NCBI GenBank assembly: GCA_000965745.1
Contig: CP009479.1
Coordinates: forward strand, 896,001 to 960,000
Source of the DNA: an uncultured archaeon
GTDB lineage: Archaea; Thermoplasmatota; Thermoplasmata; Thermoplasmatales; Thermoplasmataceae
DNA length: 64,000 bases
Direction: 5' to 3'
Under the pieces are notes generated by a model. The model worked only from the letters and a program-made list of their open reading frames with translations. It made no database searches and was not told where the DNA came from. Below, in pieces: positions 9,726-20,745 of this stretch (its first letter is position 1; each line of letters begins with the position of its first letter). Position numbers and translations under genes: made by a program.

Positions 9726-10829
9726 GTGAGAGTGCTTCTAACTATGTCCGACTACAGGGAAAGATTAGGTGAATTAAGGAAAAAACTGGCCGAAGAAGAA
9801 CTGCAGCAGGCAGTAATACTTTCAAGGGAAAATATCTGCTACCTCACAGGATTCTGTGTTGGAAGTAATGAGAGGTTGACTGCGCTTATTGTAAACGGGA
9901 AGGAAACATCGCTGGTTGTGCCAAAGCTCAGCCAGGGGCAGGTGAGGGATATCGGGGTCGATAAGACAGTAACCTGGGATGACAGGGATGACCCATATGC
10001 AATTGCAAAGGAAATCATTGGATCAGGGGGAAAAGGAAGGATTGCACTGGAATCCCAGACACCTCTTTCGCTGTACATGAGGTTTAAGGATATGTTTGGC
10101 CCTGATCCTGTTTTTGCAGATCAGTTGATGGTGGCCCTCAGGCAGAGGAAACGAGGCGAAGAGGTGGAATTCATAAGAAAAGCTGTCGAAATAAGTGAGA
10201 AAGCCCTTGAAGAAACAACACAGGAAATCAAACCTGGAATGACTGAGAAGGAAGTCGCGGGGATACTTGAGTACAATATGAGGCGGAACGGATCTGACGG
10301 AAATGCATTCTCCACCACGGTCGCATCCGGAAAAAACAGCGCCAACCCTCACCACGTCACGTCTGACAGCAGAATTGAAGCCGGAAGCTCCCTGGTTATC
10401 GACTTTGGGGCATCCTACAGGAATTACTCATCAGACACAACCAGAACCTTTGTAGTGGGTAGCATTCCAGAGGGGTTCAAGGACGTGTACGAAACAGTCA
10501 GAAAGGCCCAGCAGACAGGCATAGACTGCGCTAATCCGGGAATTCCTGCAGGAGATATCGACATAGAGGTAAGAAAAGTGATTGAAAACGCGGGATATGG
10601 GGAATATTTCACCCACAGGACAGGTCATGGTATCGGCCTGGAGACCCACGAGCCTCCGTACATCAATGAAAGCAACAGATCTCCGCTCCAGCCTCCGGCC
10701 ACATTTACCATAGAGCCCGGAATTTACATTCAGGGGAAGTACGGCGTCCGTATAGAGGATACAGTGCTGATGGACGAAAAAGGGACCCGGGCAGTCAACT
10801 CATTTTCGAAGGAACTTCGGATACTGTAG
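9726..10829 (+). CDS. Xaa-Pro peptidase (M24B, prolidase/aminopeptidase P)
   Basis: IDFG, SDTTRT, HRTGHGIGLETHE, IEPG and RIED metal-ligand motifs. Confidence 0.93.
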   Translation: MRVLLTMSDYRERLGELRKKLAEEELQQAVILSRENICYLTGFCVGSNERLTALIVNGKETSLVVPKLSQGQVRDIGVDKTVTWDDRDDPYAIAKEIIGSGGKGRIALESQTPLSLYMRFKDMFGPDPVFADQLMVALRQRKRGEEVEFIRKAVEISEKALEETTQEIKPGMTEKEVAGILEYNMRRNGSDGNAFSTTVASGKNSANPHHVTSDSRIEAGSSLVIDFGASYRNYSSDTTRTFVVGSIPEGFKDVYETVRKAQQTGIDCANPGIPAGDIDIEVRKVIENAGYGEYFTHRTGHGIGLETHEPPYINESNRSPLQPPATFTIEPGIYIQGKYGVRIEDTVLMDEKGTRAVNSFSKELRIL

Positions 10830-10874
10830 GAAAAATGTGGAAGAATGCCCGATGGGAGCAGTTTGGGCCTGTTC

Positions 10875-11696
10875 TCATCTCACATTTATTTTTGGCGCAA
10901 GCCCTTCCGCCCACTGTGCTGAAATACCACCATCAATAACATGTGTTGCCCCGGTGATGAATGATGCAGCATCCGATGCGAGGAATACAACAAGTTTCGC
11001 AATCTCCTCAGGTTTCGCAATCCTGCCCATTGGATACAGCTCGTTGTATGCTTTTCTTGCCTTCTCCGCATCTCCGAAATGAGCGAAATCCCTCTCCACC
11101 ATGGATGTTTCAACGGAGCCGGGGGCGATGCAGTTTACCCTTATGCCGTATTTTGCAAGGTCCATGGCAGAAGCCCTGGTGAGCCCTATTATGGCACTCT
11201 TTGATGCACAATAGGCAACGGATTCAGTTGAGCCCTGCAGGCCCAGGGCGGAAGAAGTGTTGACAATAACTCCCCTTGTTTTTATGAGGTGCGGTATGGA
11301 ATTTTTTGTGCAATAAAAGGCACCTCCCAGATTTGTGTTGAGTATCCTGTCCCATGTCTCCGTGGAAATATCTTCTATTGAAAACCACTCGTAAATTCCG
11401 GCATTGTTGAACAGAATGTCGATACGGCCAAATCTCACAGCGGCAAAGGATATGAGCATCTGAACCTCATCTTCGCTGCTTACATCGACCTTGAAGGGCT
11501 CAACCTCGCAACCCCTGACTTCTTTCCTGATCAGGTCAACTGTTTCTTTTGCCTTCTCTTCAGATATATCTGCAACGCATACACTGGCTCCGTTCCTTGC
11601 CATTTCCAGTGCAGTTGCCCTACCTATTCCTGAACCGGCCCCAGTGACAATTGCCACTTTTTCGCCTAGTACTCCTGAGTCATTCCCTGCGGACAT
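10875..11696 (-). CDS. Short-chain dehydrogenase/reductase
   Basis: TGAGSGIG, NNAG and YCASK motifs. Confidence 0.95.
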   Translation of the reverse strand: MSAGNDSGVLGEKVAIVTGAGSGIGRATALEMARNGASVCVADISEEKAKETVDLIRKEVRGCEVEPFKVDVSSEDEVQMLISFAAVRFGRIDILFNNAGIYEWFSIEDISTETWDRILNTNLGGAFYCTKNSIPHLIKTRGVIVNTSSALGLQGSTESVAYCASKSAIIGLTRASAMDLAKYGIRVNCIAPGSVETSMVERDFAHFGDAEKARKAYNELYPMGRIAKPEEIAKLVVFLASDAASFITGATHVIDGGISAQWAEGLAPKINVR

Positions 11697-11862
11697 AGTA
11701 CATCTAGACTTTGACAGCTTGTCTGTATATATTCATTTCGTGAGGGGCAGAATAAGAACTGAAGTTTTGCCGCTTCATTCCCCAATATCCGGCAAAACAC
11801 GGTCTCCTGTGTAAGTATGGTTAGGCGCCACGCTTAAATACGATGAGTATCTGCACCACGAG

Positions 11863-13230
11863 ATGAGTCACTACGGTTCTGAAACAACGCTGATGCAGGG
11901 GAGCAGCAGCTCAGTCCGCAAGAAAGTTTCGAACTACTGGTTCATCAGCTATCTTTTTTCCAACACTGCCTATGGCCTTACAATACCGCTCATCCCACTG
12001 TTTGTTGTCATGTTCCTGAAGAGTGGGGTAGTGTGGGACGGGATAGTATATTCCCTGGCATCGGCGGCATCGGTTCCGGCCCTTCTATTCTGGGGAAACC
12101 TGTCGGATTCAATCAAAAAAAGGAAAATTTTCGTGATAATCGGGTTCCTGGGTGCCGGAATAGCATTAATCCCAATATTTCTCGTTCACACACTTGGCGT
12201 CTACATCCTGTTCCTGATCGTCGCTCAGGTCGTAGGAATGGCGAGTGTCCCTGTTTCCAACCTTCTGATTTTCGAAAGCACACAGCAGTCCCAATGGCCA
12301 AACGTCATGGCTACATTTAACATGATCGCATCAACAGGCACAGTTCTTGGACTCGCCATAGGTGCCGTAATGGTGGTCCTGTACGGATCCGGAGTGGATT
12401 CTGTTATCCCTCTCTTTTACCTTGTAGCAGGTGCAATATACATTCTTGCGGTGATCAGTGCAATGATTATACTGAAAGAGCCATCCAGGAACATTAACAG
12501 GGCAAAGCTGGGGCCATTTTACTCATTGAGGGTCATTGAAAGGGTCAGGTATTTTCCAAGCAGCGTCATACACATCATTTCCGACAGGAAGATGAAGGCC
12601 CTGAACAAGCTGTCTCCTCCCCTGAGGCATTACATATACGCATCCTCTTTCCTGATGTTCGGCTTTCAGCTCTTTATACTGGCATTTCCAGTCTACGTCA
12701 TTCAGAATGTTGGCGGAACAACAGAGGACATATTCTACCTCTACCTCATCAACGCCATCTTTTCAACCCTCACTTTCAGGTTTGCAGGGAATTACATCCG
12801 ACTTAAAGGAGGAAAGAAGACCCTCACTATGTCGCTTGCGTCAAGGTTCATCACGTTCGGCGCAGCGGCTTTCCTTCCGTACATTGTGATGCAAAGCACT
12901 CAAGCCCTGATGGTTTCAATGATCATATACGCAGTGGTGGGAGCTTTCTGGGGGTTTATAAGCATAGGCCAGATCTCTTTTGTCTCTGATAACGCTCAGC
13001 CGAAGCAGAGGGGAAGGGCAGTAGGCTACTACAACTCATTTTTTGGATTCGGACAGATAGGCGGATCATTCATTTCAGGAGTAATATCCGAATATGTAGG
13101 CTACAGTGCTGATTTTGCCGTTTCGTCCCTGATAGTGCTTGCAGGCACAGTCCTGATACTCAGATACTACCCGCACATAAGGATCATAACTTCTGATCCT
13201 GACAGTGTAGCCTCTACTGACAGTCTTTAA
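11863..13230 (+). CDS. MFS transporter
   Basis: About 12 TM helices; motif A WGNLSDSIKKRK. Confidence 0.88.
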   Translation: MSHYGSETTLMQGSSSSVRKKVSNYWFISYLFSNTAYGLTIPLIPLFVVMFLKSGVVWDGIVYSLASAASVPALLFWGNLSDSIKKRKIFVIIGFLGAGIALIPIFLVHTLGVYILFLIVAQVVGMASVPVSNLLIFESTQQSQWPNVMATFNMIASTGTVLGLAIGAVMVVLYGSGVDSVIPLFYLVAGAIYILAVISAMIILKEPSRNINRAKLGPFYSLRVIERVRYFPSSVIHIISDRKMKALNKLSPPLRHYIYASSFLMFGFQLFILAFPVYVIQNVGGTTEDIFYLYLINAIFSTLTFRFAGNYIRLKGGKKTLTMSLASRFITFGAAAFLPYIVMQSTQALMVSMIIYAVVGAFWGFISIGQISFVSDNAQPKQRGRAVGYYNSFFGFGQIGGSFISGVISEYVGYSADFAVSSLIVLAGTVLILRYYPHIRIITSDPDSVASTDSL

Positions 13231-13287
13231 TAATCCATATCCTGTTTATCAGAAAATAGTTGACTAGAATGAGTTGAACGAAGGAAT

Positions 13288-14625
13288 ATGAGGTGGAGAG
13301 AGATGGAAAACATTACAAAAAGTGATGGAGGCAATGCCATGCCCGGTGCTGGCAGCAAATGGTTCGCCAGTTATCTTCTTTCAAATATTGCAGCAGGAAT
13401 CATTTCGCCTCTGATCCCGCTTTATATTGTAATATACCTGAACTCAAACGTATTTTACGTTGGCCTGGTATCATCACTTGCTTCTGCAGCTGCAGTGCCT
13501 TCCCTAATTTTCTGGGGGAATCTGTCAGACTATGCCGGCAGGAGAAAGATATTCATACTCGTTGGATTCTTTGGCTCCTTCCTGACACTGCTTCAGATCA
13601 TGTTCGTTCGCGATCTTTCCGCTTACATCCTGATGCTGGTATCTTTTCAGGCCATTGCAATGGCTGCAGTCCCTGTGTCCACCCTTATTATACTGGAAAC
13701 CCGGCAGGAGGCAGAATGGCCCCAGGTGATGTCTACCTTCAGCCTGGTTTCGGCTGCAGGCACAGTAACGGGCCTGATTGCAGGATCCGGGATCATCGTG
13801 TACTGGCATTCCCCAAGTGTTCTTCCTGCAATGTATCTCATTGCATCCTTCATATATCTCACCGCAGCTATAGGGGCAATTGCGCTTCTGCCGGAACCGG
13901 GGAGGAAGCTTATAAGAGCGAGGCTGCACAACCTGTTCTCCTACCGAATCGTTGAAAGGGGACGGCACTTTCCGAGCTACGTGCTTCATGTCATACCGTT
14001 TGGCAGAAACAAGGGCGAAACACATGCTTTCTCCCCAACAATGAGGAAGTATCTTTTCACAACAACTTTTCTCATGTTCGGGTTCCAGATTTTCTTCGTG
14101 CCTTTTCCAGTTTTCCTTATAGATTATTTTCACGCTGCAGAATCTCAGATCTTCATTCTTTATCTGTTGAACAGCGCATTATCCATGGTTACGTTCAGAA
14201 TAGCAGGCATCCTTGTGCGAAAAGGGGGCATCCGAAAGACAATTTCCTTCGGCATATTTCCCAGAATAGCAATATTCTCACTGGCTGGGATCCTGCCGCT
14301 CTTGGCAGCCTACGGCAGAGTGGTCCTGATAACCGCAATCATAATGTACGGAATCTTGGGAGCACTGTGGAGCCTCATAAGCATCAGCGAGGTGACAAGC
14401 ATAACAAAGCTTGCGGTCAAGGCCAACAGGGGGAAGGCTATCGGATACTACAACTCTCTCCTGGGCGTGGGGCAGATAGGTGGTGCAAGCATATCCGGTG
14501 TTATTGCGTATGACCTTGGATACACCGTTGACTTTGTTACCGCTGCAGCGGTTGTCCTCATCGGAGCGTACATGATACTCAGGTTCTACCCTGAAAACAG
14601 AGGTGTTCCTGCCCTAAAAACTTAA
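13288..14625 (+). CDS. MFS transporter, paralog of the upstream gene
   Basis: WGNLSDYAGRRK; shares FLMFGFQ and GYYNS..G.GQIGG with the previous ORF. Confidence 0.88.
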   Translation: MRWREMENITKSDGGNAMPGAGSKWFASYLLSNIAAGIISPLIPLYIVIYLNSNVFYVGLVSSLASAAAVPSLIFWGNLSDYAGRRKIFILVGFFGSFLTLLQIMFVRDLSAYILMLVSFQAIAMAAVPVSTLIILETRQEAEWPQVMSTFSLVSAAGTVTGLIAGSGIIVYWHSPSVLPAMYLIASFIYLTAAIGAIALLPEPGRKLIRARLHNLFSYRIVERGRHFPSYVLHVIPFGRNKGETHAFSPTMRKYLFTTTFLMFGFQIFFVPFPVFLIDYFHAAESQIFILYLLNSALSMVTFRIAGILVRKGGIRKTISFGIFPRIAIFSLAGILPLLAAYGRVVLITAIIMYGILGALWSLISISEVTSITKLAVKANRGKAIGYYNSLLGVGQIGGASISGVIAYDLGYTVDFVTAAAVVLIGAYMILRFYPENRGVPALKT

Positions 14626-14638
14626 ATTCCCATCTGTA

Positions 14639-15013
14639 CTAGAATGACCCTCTGATCCTGTTTCTGTCGATGGCCATGCCTCTCGGGGTTATGGCTATGA
14701 GGTTCTTCGTTATTCCGGCCACGTCACCGTCTACATCCTTGCCTATTGTCCGGACTTCCTGAATTATTCTTCTCATCTGGAGCTCGTCTCCTGCCACAGG
14801 GGTGCAGTCCAGAATCAGTATGTCGCCGTTATAAACAAAATCGCTGATTCTCATGAGATCCTCAAATCTCTGTATTTCCGCAACTTTCAGATGTTTTCTC
14901 TCAACATCTGGGACGTCCGGCAACTTGAAGTCGGCCAGATCAATAAATTTTCTTTCAGGCCTCTCCTTTCCCCTGTCTCCCTCCGGATTTTTTTTCTTCA
15001 GTAACGGCGCCAT
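14639..15013 (-). CDS. sepF: Cell division protein SepF (archaeal type)
   Basis: VYNGDILILD, GDVAG and ITP...IDR motifs. Confidence 0.85.
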   Translation of the reverse strand: MAPLLKKKNPEGDRGKERPERKFIDLADFKLPDVPDVERKHLKVAEIQRFEDLMRISDFVYNGDILILDCTPVAGDELQMRRIIQEVRTIGKDVDGDVAGITKNLIAITPRGMAIDRNRIRGSF

Positions 15014-15114
15014 CGGAACTCTGAGTCAACTATGATCATACACGATAAAAATCTTTTGGGTTGAGCAGCAATATTCCTACCTGCCGTGCAAATTGAGCAG
15101 AAGTATGAGGCAAT

Positions 15115-15774
15115 TTATCTTTCAACCCTCTTTATGAAGAGGTAGAACAGATTGTTGAACCCGTCTCTCCAGGTCTTCAGCTTTGGTTTTGTAATCCTAA
15201 CACCGTATTTCACAGGAATTTCCATGAATTTTCCCCTCCTCACGGCCTCTATCTTTATGTCCTGGGAGAATGACATTCCATCACTGAGCGGCCCCATGGA
15301 ATCATAAAGGGATTTCCTGAATATCCACATGCCGCTTTGGGAATCATTCATCCTTACCTTGAAAAGTATGCTGATTGTCCTGTTCAGGATGCTGTTTCCA
15401 ACATAGTGAAGCGTTGTGTAATTGAGTGAAGTCCTCAAGGTCATCCTGTCGCAGGAAATGAAATCGACCTCATTTATCTCCAGGATATTGATTAGCGGCT
15501 CGACAATCTCCGGAGGATATGTGCCGTCACCATCAAGGCACACCACTATGTCGCCGGTAACTTCAGAGAGGCCGGTCTTGTACGCCTTTCCATACCCTCT
15601 CTCAGGCTGGTTGATGACCTTTGCACCTTTTTCCTGCGCGATTTTCTTCGTGCCGTCTGTTGAGTTTGTGTCTACGACTATGACCTCTACATTGCTCATC
15701 TTCTTGAGTCCGTCTATAACCATCCCAATGGTCTTCTCTTCGTTTATCGTAGGAATCACTGCGCTTATCTTCAA
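15115..15774 (-). CDS. GT2 glycosyltransferase (polyprenol-phosphate glycosyltransferase-like)
   Basis: IPTINEE, VVD..STDGT, DGDGTYP and DSQSGM motifs. Confidence 0.9.
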   Translation of the reverse strand: MKISAVIPTINEEKTIGMVIDGLKKMSNVEVIVVDTNSTDGTKKIAQEKGAKVINQPERGYGKAYKTGLSEVTGDIVVCLDGDGTYPPEIVEPLINILEINEVDFISCDRMTLRTSLNYTTLHYVGNSILNRTISILFKVRMNDSQSGMWIFRKSLYDSMGPLSDGMSFSQDIKIEAVRRGKFMEIPVKYGVRITKPKLKTWRDGFNNLFYLFIKRVER

Positions 15775-15907
15775 TCAGCCACATCCTGTTGTATTGTTCA
15801 GGGTAACAGTGTCGAAACTATTAAACCATAATCTTAAACCATTATTAAATTCCGATTGTTTAATCACATGTTAATTTAGGCAAGTATGGATATATTTGTA
15901 ATAATGG

Positions 15908-16909
15908 GTGGTCGCGTTGAATGGTGAGATGGGTGAGAAGATAGTAAGATGGGACTTGGATGATATAGAGATGGAGGCAACAGTCACATTTCCTGGAGAC
16001 GGGAAAGAATACCCGGGTATAGTCATGATTGCAGGAAGTGGTCCGACTGACAGGGACTGGTGTTCCCCACTAATCCCGGGAAGCAACGGTACCGGGAAAC
16101 TGTTGGCTGAAGCTCTCACGAAATCGGGATATGCGACCATCAGGTTTGACAAAAGGGCTTCAGGCCCTTATATACAGGAGAACGTTCAGAAGCTGATGGG
16201 AAGGATCAGCATGAAGGGGCATGCTGAAGAGGTGGAGTCCGCCGTCAAGGCACTCGTTGAAAATACAAACGTGTCCCGGGAAAACTTATGTGCACTAACA
16301 AACAGTGAAGGTGCGATTCATGCCCTGAATTACCAGGCAGGGGCAAGCGAGAACAAGTTCAGTGGGCTCGTTCTTACAGGAGTTCCCGGAAGATCTGTTG
16401 GTGATGTGGCAAGGGAGCAGATATTCAACCAGCTTAAGGGTGCAGAAAATCCGGAATATCTCATGGGTCTTTACGACAAGGCTGTTTCAGATTTTGAGAT
16501 AGGCAAGCCTTATATTCCAGATCCCAAAATCCCTGAAAGCATGGATCTGCTTCTTAGAAGCATAACTTCTCCTGCTAATCAGCCCTTCAGCCTGGAACTC
16601 TGGAAAATGAACCCCGCCGACCTGATAAATGAAGTACCTGATCCGATGCTTCTGCTGATTGGCAAGAAAGATATTCAGGTGAACTGGGAGGTTGACGGTG
16701 CAATTCTTAGAAGAAGACTCTCCGGGAGGCAGAACATAACGATCTCATTTCCTGAAAATGCGGATCATGTCCTGAAATACGAGCCTATGCCAAGGGACCA
16801 GATAGTTCCGGGACTGGCTGGGCAGAACTACAATCAGGCTTCCAGAGACCTTGACGATGAGACCCTTGGAATCATGCTGGGCTGGCTTCGTGAGAACTGC
16901 AGCCGATGA
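15908..16909 (+). CDS. Alpha/beta hydrolase
   Basis: GSGPTDRD, RFDKR, nucleophile elbow TNSEG, GKKDIQV and ADHVL. Confidence 0.85.
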   Translation: MVALNGEMGEKIVRWDLDDIEMEATVTFPGDGKEYPGIVMIAGSGPTDRDWCSPLIPGSNGTGKLLAEALTKSGYATIRFDKRASGPYIQENVQKLMGRISMKGHAEEVESAVKALVENTNVSRENLCALTNSEGAIHALNYQAGASENKFSGLVLTGVPGRSVGDVAREQIFNQLKGAENPEYLMGLYDKAVSDFEIGKPYIPDPKIPESMDLLLRSITSPANQPFSLELWKMNPADLINEVPDPMLLLIGKKDIQVNWEVDGAILRRRLSGRQNITISFPENADHVLKYEPMPRDQIVPGLAGQNYNQASRDLDDETLGIMLGWLRENCSR

Positions 16910-16913
16910 AGTT

Positions 16914-19601
16914 TCAACCCTGATACACGGATGATACGCCATTCACCTTTGTAACCTCGAATGATGCATCGGCAGCTGAGGTCAACTCAGTGTGGTGTGT
17001 GATCATTATCATCTGCTGAACCATGTTTTCATCCTTCAGGGAGTACTGTATGATCTCCTTCAGGTTGTTCCTCCTGTCCTCGTCAAGGAAATTTGTGGGC
17101 TCATCCATAATAACAGTGCTGACCCTTCCTGTCAGATATTTGGCGATGGCGAGTCGCACCGCGATAGCCAAGGAGATTCTCTCCCCGCCACTTAAGGAAT
17201 CAAGTGGCTCTTCAACGCCATTGTTTATCACTTTTATGTCAAAATTCTCGTCTATCCTGACATCGTCAAACTCGAAGTTGAACGACGAAAGGTAATTCCT
17301 TGTCATGTTGTTAATTGAAACGGACGAATCCTTTCTTATGAGGGCCTGAATCCCGTTTCTTTCAAAGGCACTTCTCAGTTTCTCGAGTTTTGCGGAAGCA
17401 GCCTTTATCTTATCCAGTTTCAGTTTGTCCTTCTCCAGGGATGACAATTCGAGTTCTAGCTTTTCAATTGTTGACCTGAAGGTCTTCATCCTTTCAGAAT
17501 ATGCGGTTACATTCTGCCTTATCCCATCCAGCTCTTTCTTCTGCCTGTTGTACAGTTCAACTGCCCTCTCAAGTTCCTGCCTGACATCTCCGAGGGATAT
17601 GATTTCATTACTCTTCTTCTCAAGGTCAGAATCGATCTCGGCCAATGCCCTCCTGTCGTTTTCGAGCTCATTCAGGACCCTGTTGTACTCTGCTTCTGCA
17701 TTCCTTATCCTCTCGTATTTTTCCACCAGGGCCTCAAGCCGGTTCCGGTCCTCATCAGAGGGCTCCATCCCTATGCTGATTACCAGGCTCTCCAGCAACT
17801 CGCTCTTTTCCCTCTCCTCATTTTCGTACCTGGCCAGTTTTTCCCGCAATGTCTCAATGGGGATTCTGCTCACTGCATATGTTATGGAATTGAATTCATT
17901 CTCCTGTTGCTTAAGGGCCTCCTTTTCTTTCATAGCCTCTCCGAGTTTCCCCTCCACGTGTGAAAGTTCTGCAAATTTCGACTTCAACTCATCCATTCTC
18001 TCCTCCTTTTCGGCTATGGAGTCCTTCAGCCTTGAGAGTTCGTCCCTTGCAAGCATGAATCTCTCTATGCCAGGTCTTCTCAGCCGGGCAAGTTCCTCCT
18101 CTCTCTTTCTGTAGGCATTATTGAGGCCGGAAACTTCTGCGCCGGACTCGGCTATTTCCTTCAGAAACTCTTCTTCTCTTGCCTGGTAGGCAGAGTGAAT
18201 CTCCCCGAGGTGAAAATCATCGAGGTCACTTCCGCAAACAGGGCATTTCCTGTTGTCACCAAGCGTCTCCTTATTCTTCCTGAGTTCTGTGAGCTGTCTA
18301 TTGATTCCCCCGACACGCTCTTTCAGGGCATTTCTCTGCCCTTCTATTTCCCTGAGCCCCTTCTCTAGCTCTCCAATTGACCGGGCAACACTGTTCCTGT
18401 CAAGGCTCATCAGGTCGGCAAATTCAGGGGAAGAAAGGGTTCCGGAAAGTTCCATGGCTTTCCTCTTCTCCGCTTTGACTTCTTCATCGGCAGAGTCTTT
18501 CAGCGCTTTATAGCTGTGTAGCGACTTTGCCTTCTCCTCAAGGTCTTTAACAAGGGATTCAACCTCCCTGTACCTTCTGTGGCTTTCTGCAAGTGCCCCT
18601 AGCTTCTTCTTCTCTGCCTCATAGTCACTTATGGCAGTTCTTACATTTTCAAGAGAGACTTCGAGAGTCCTGAACTCGCTCTTGAGGTTGAAAAATCTGG
18701 TAACTTCCGACTTCCTGGCGAACAACGTTTCCTTCTCTATCCTCTCCTTTTCAGCTGCAGAGAACGAGATACCCTTGATGAGCTGCTGGCTCTTCCCGAT
18801 ATTATTCTTGACAGCTTCCGCCTTGGCCTTCAGTTCGTCAATCCTGGTTCTTACCGCATCAAAACCTGCCTTTTTCTGCATTGCGTCGTCTCTTCTTATT
18901 TCGAGCTCCTGCATTGCCTCGTGCGCCTTCTTCTCTCTCCCGGCTTCTTCTGATAAGAGAACTTCAGCCTTTTCTAACTCCTCTTTAGCTTCAGACCTGT
19001 CACCGGATATCCTGTCAAGCCTGTCCTGAATGTTTGAAAAGCGCGCTTCTTCCAAGCGCAGTGCATCCCTTATGCTCTTTATCTTCTGCGCATTCTCCGA
19101 CAGCACATCAATTCCAATGATTTTGCTGAACAGTTTCTCCCTGTTGGCAGGCGTTTCAGAAATGAGCGCGTCCATCTCGCCCTGCCTGACAAAAACAGAA
19201 TTCAGGAATATGTCCTTCGGGATCCTTAGCCCGTCCTTTATCTCCTTGTTTACTCCCTCGGCAGTCTCTGCTATCATCACATTGTCAAGCTTGATCCAGG
19301 AATTTCTTCCGGTTATGCTGCTCTTCCCAAGGGTAAGGCTCCTGAACAGCTCGTAATATCTGTCGTTAAGCCTGAAGCCGATGGTGACTGCACACTCCCT
19401 TGCGCCGCTCCTTATGAGCTCGGCAATCTTGTCGCCGCGCTTCTCGCCGAAAAGGGCGAACCTGATTGCATCAACAATGCTGGATTTTCCCGCACCATTT
19501 TTTCCATAAATGATGTTGATGCCATTCTCGAAGCGAATCAGCGTGTCAGAATGAGACAGGAAATTGTTAAGCTGGATATAGTCAATTATCATAGTTACCA
19601 A
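16914..19601 (-). CDS. rad50: DNA double-strand break repair ATPase Rad50
   Basis: GKNGAGKS, long coiled coil, zinc hook CPVC, LSGGE and MDEPT. Confidence 0.95.
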   Translation of the reverse strand: MVTMIIDYIQLNNFLSHSDTLIRFENGINIIYGKNGAGKSSIVDAIRFALFGEKRGDKIAELIRSGARECAVTIGFRLNDRYYELFRSLTLGKSSITGRNSWIKLDNVMIAETAEGVNKEIKDGLRIPKDIFLNSVFVRQGEMDALISETPANREKLFSKIIGIDVLSENAQKIKSIRDALRLEEARFSNIQDRLDRISGDRSEAKEELEKAEVLLSEEAGREKKAHEAMQELEIRRDDAMQKKAGFDAVRTRIDELKAKAEAVKNNIGKSQQLIKGISFSAAEKERIEKETLFARKSEVTRFFNLKSEFRTLEVSLENVRTAISDYEAEKKKLGALAESHRRYREVESLVKDLEEKAKSLHSYKALKDSADEEVKAEKRKAMELSGTLSSPEFADLMSLDRNSVARSIGELEKGLREIEGQRNALKERVGGINRQLTELRKNKETLGDNRKCPVCGSDLDDFHLGEIHSAYQAREEEFLKEIAESGAEVSGLNNAYRKREEELARLRRPGIERFMLARDELSRLKDSIAEKEERMDELKSKFAELSHVEGKLGEAMKEKEALKQQENEFNSITYAVSRIPIETLREKLARYENEEREKSELLESLVISIGMEPSDEDRNRLEALVEKYERIRNAEAEYNRVLNELENDRRALAEIDSDLEKKSNEIISLGDVRQELERAVELYNRQKKELDGIRQNVTAYSERMKTFRSTIEKLELELSSLEKDKLKLDKIKAASAKLEKLRSAFERNGIQALIRKDSSVSINNMTRNYLSSFNFEFDDVRIDENFDIKVINNGVEEPLDSLSGGERISLAIAVRLAIAKYLTGRVSTVIMDEPTNFLDEDRRNNLKEIIQYSLKDENMVQQMIMITHHTELTSAADASFEVTKVNGVSSVYQG

Positions 19602-20745
19602 CTTCGAAATCTATTCCAAGTTTCTCGAGTATTACCCGCCGTGCCTTTTCGAATTCATCATCCCTTAGTGTCTCATAGACCTCATTCGCAAGGGAGGACA
19701 TGCTATCATCACCAAAATACGCTTTGAAGTAATCGATAAGGCTGTTCATGTTGGGTTCTTCAACCGACACCTCTTTTTGAGGGTCGAACCTCACTCTTCT
19801 GAAGAAATACTGGTCTGATAGCTTCTTGAGGGAATTCTTGACCTCTTCCCTGTCGGACTCACCAGTTATCGTGAGAAGCACCATTGGCTTCTTTTCCCCG
19901 AACCTGTCAGCATACCTGCTGTGCATTTTCTCGAGTTCATCAATATAGTTTTCCTGCCTCGCGGTGACTTCGACCTGAAACCTTGTGCTCTTGAGCCTGA
20001 CTCTTTCAACTGATACCTCCCCTCCCTTTACTTCAACGAGATTGACGCCCTTGCCCCCTTTCAGGAACCTTGCGATCTCGCTGGAACTGGTCATGTCGGT
20101 GGACCCTGCGTATGAGAATACTGGATATTCCTTGTCCCTCACCACATGATCGTGGATATGCCCGAATGCAAGGTACGAGAAGGTTTTCGGGAGATCGTCA
20201 TACCTGGCCTCACATGCTTCAGGGTGCAGGTAAGGTGAAACAGCCTGGTGTGAGAGGAGTACTGAGGATCTATAATCTGTTGCCATGGATTCTGCTTTCC
20301 TGTACTCTTCAACAAGCAGATCCTTCCTGAGCCCTTTCATATTTGAAATTCCGTAAAGAAGCATGCTTTCACCGTCGTAGCTGAGCTCAACATTTCTCCG
20401 GGCATCCGGAGCCCCGTCATCGAGCAGCTTAACACCGAGAAAATCAAATATCTTGGAAGCCGGGTCATCCCTTCTTTTAGGCCTGTCGTGGTCGCCCATT
20501 ATTATGTACATGCCCCTGTTTGCATCAGATATCTGCCTGGCGAAATCCTTGAACTTGAGCAGTGCGTGGTTTCCAGGATTCCATGTGTCAAACAGGTCTC
20601 CAGTGTGGATGAAGAAGTCTACATGCTCCGAAAGACCAATATTTATGGCTTCCTGGAAAGCCTCGTAGAAATCCTCTTCCCTGAAAGATTCTCCATATTC
20701 CCTGTTTCCAAGGTGTGTGTCCGAGAAGTGAAGGAACTTGACCAT
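19582..20745 (-). CDS. mre11: DNA repair nuclease Mre11
   Basis: SDTHLG, GDLFD, GDHD and FGHIH phosphoesterase motifs; directly upstream of rad50. Confidence 0.93.
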   Translation of the reverse strand: MVKFLHFSDTHLGNREYGESFREEDFYEAFQEAINIGLSEHVDFFIHTGDLFDTWNPGNHALLKFKDFARQISDANRGMYIIMGDHDRPKRRDDPASKIFDFLGVKLLDDGAPDARRNVELSYDGESMLLYGISNMKGLRKDLLVEEYRKAESMATDYRSSVLLSHQAVSPYLHPEACEARYDDLPKTFSYLAFGHIHDHVVRDKEYPVFSYAGSTDMTSSSEIARFLKGGKGVNLVEVKGGEVSVERVRLKSTRFQVEVTARQENYIDELEKMHSRYADRFGEKKPMVLLTITGESDREEVKNSLKKLSDQYFFRRVRFDPQKEVSVEEPNMNSLIDYFKAYFGDDSMSSLANEVYETLRDDEFEKARRVILEKLGIDFEVGNYDN

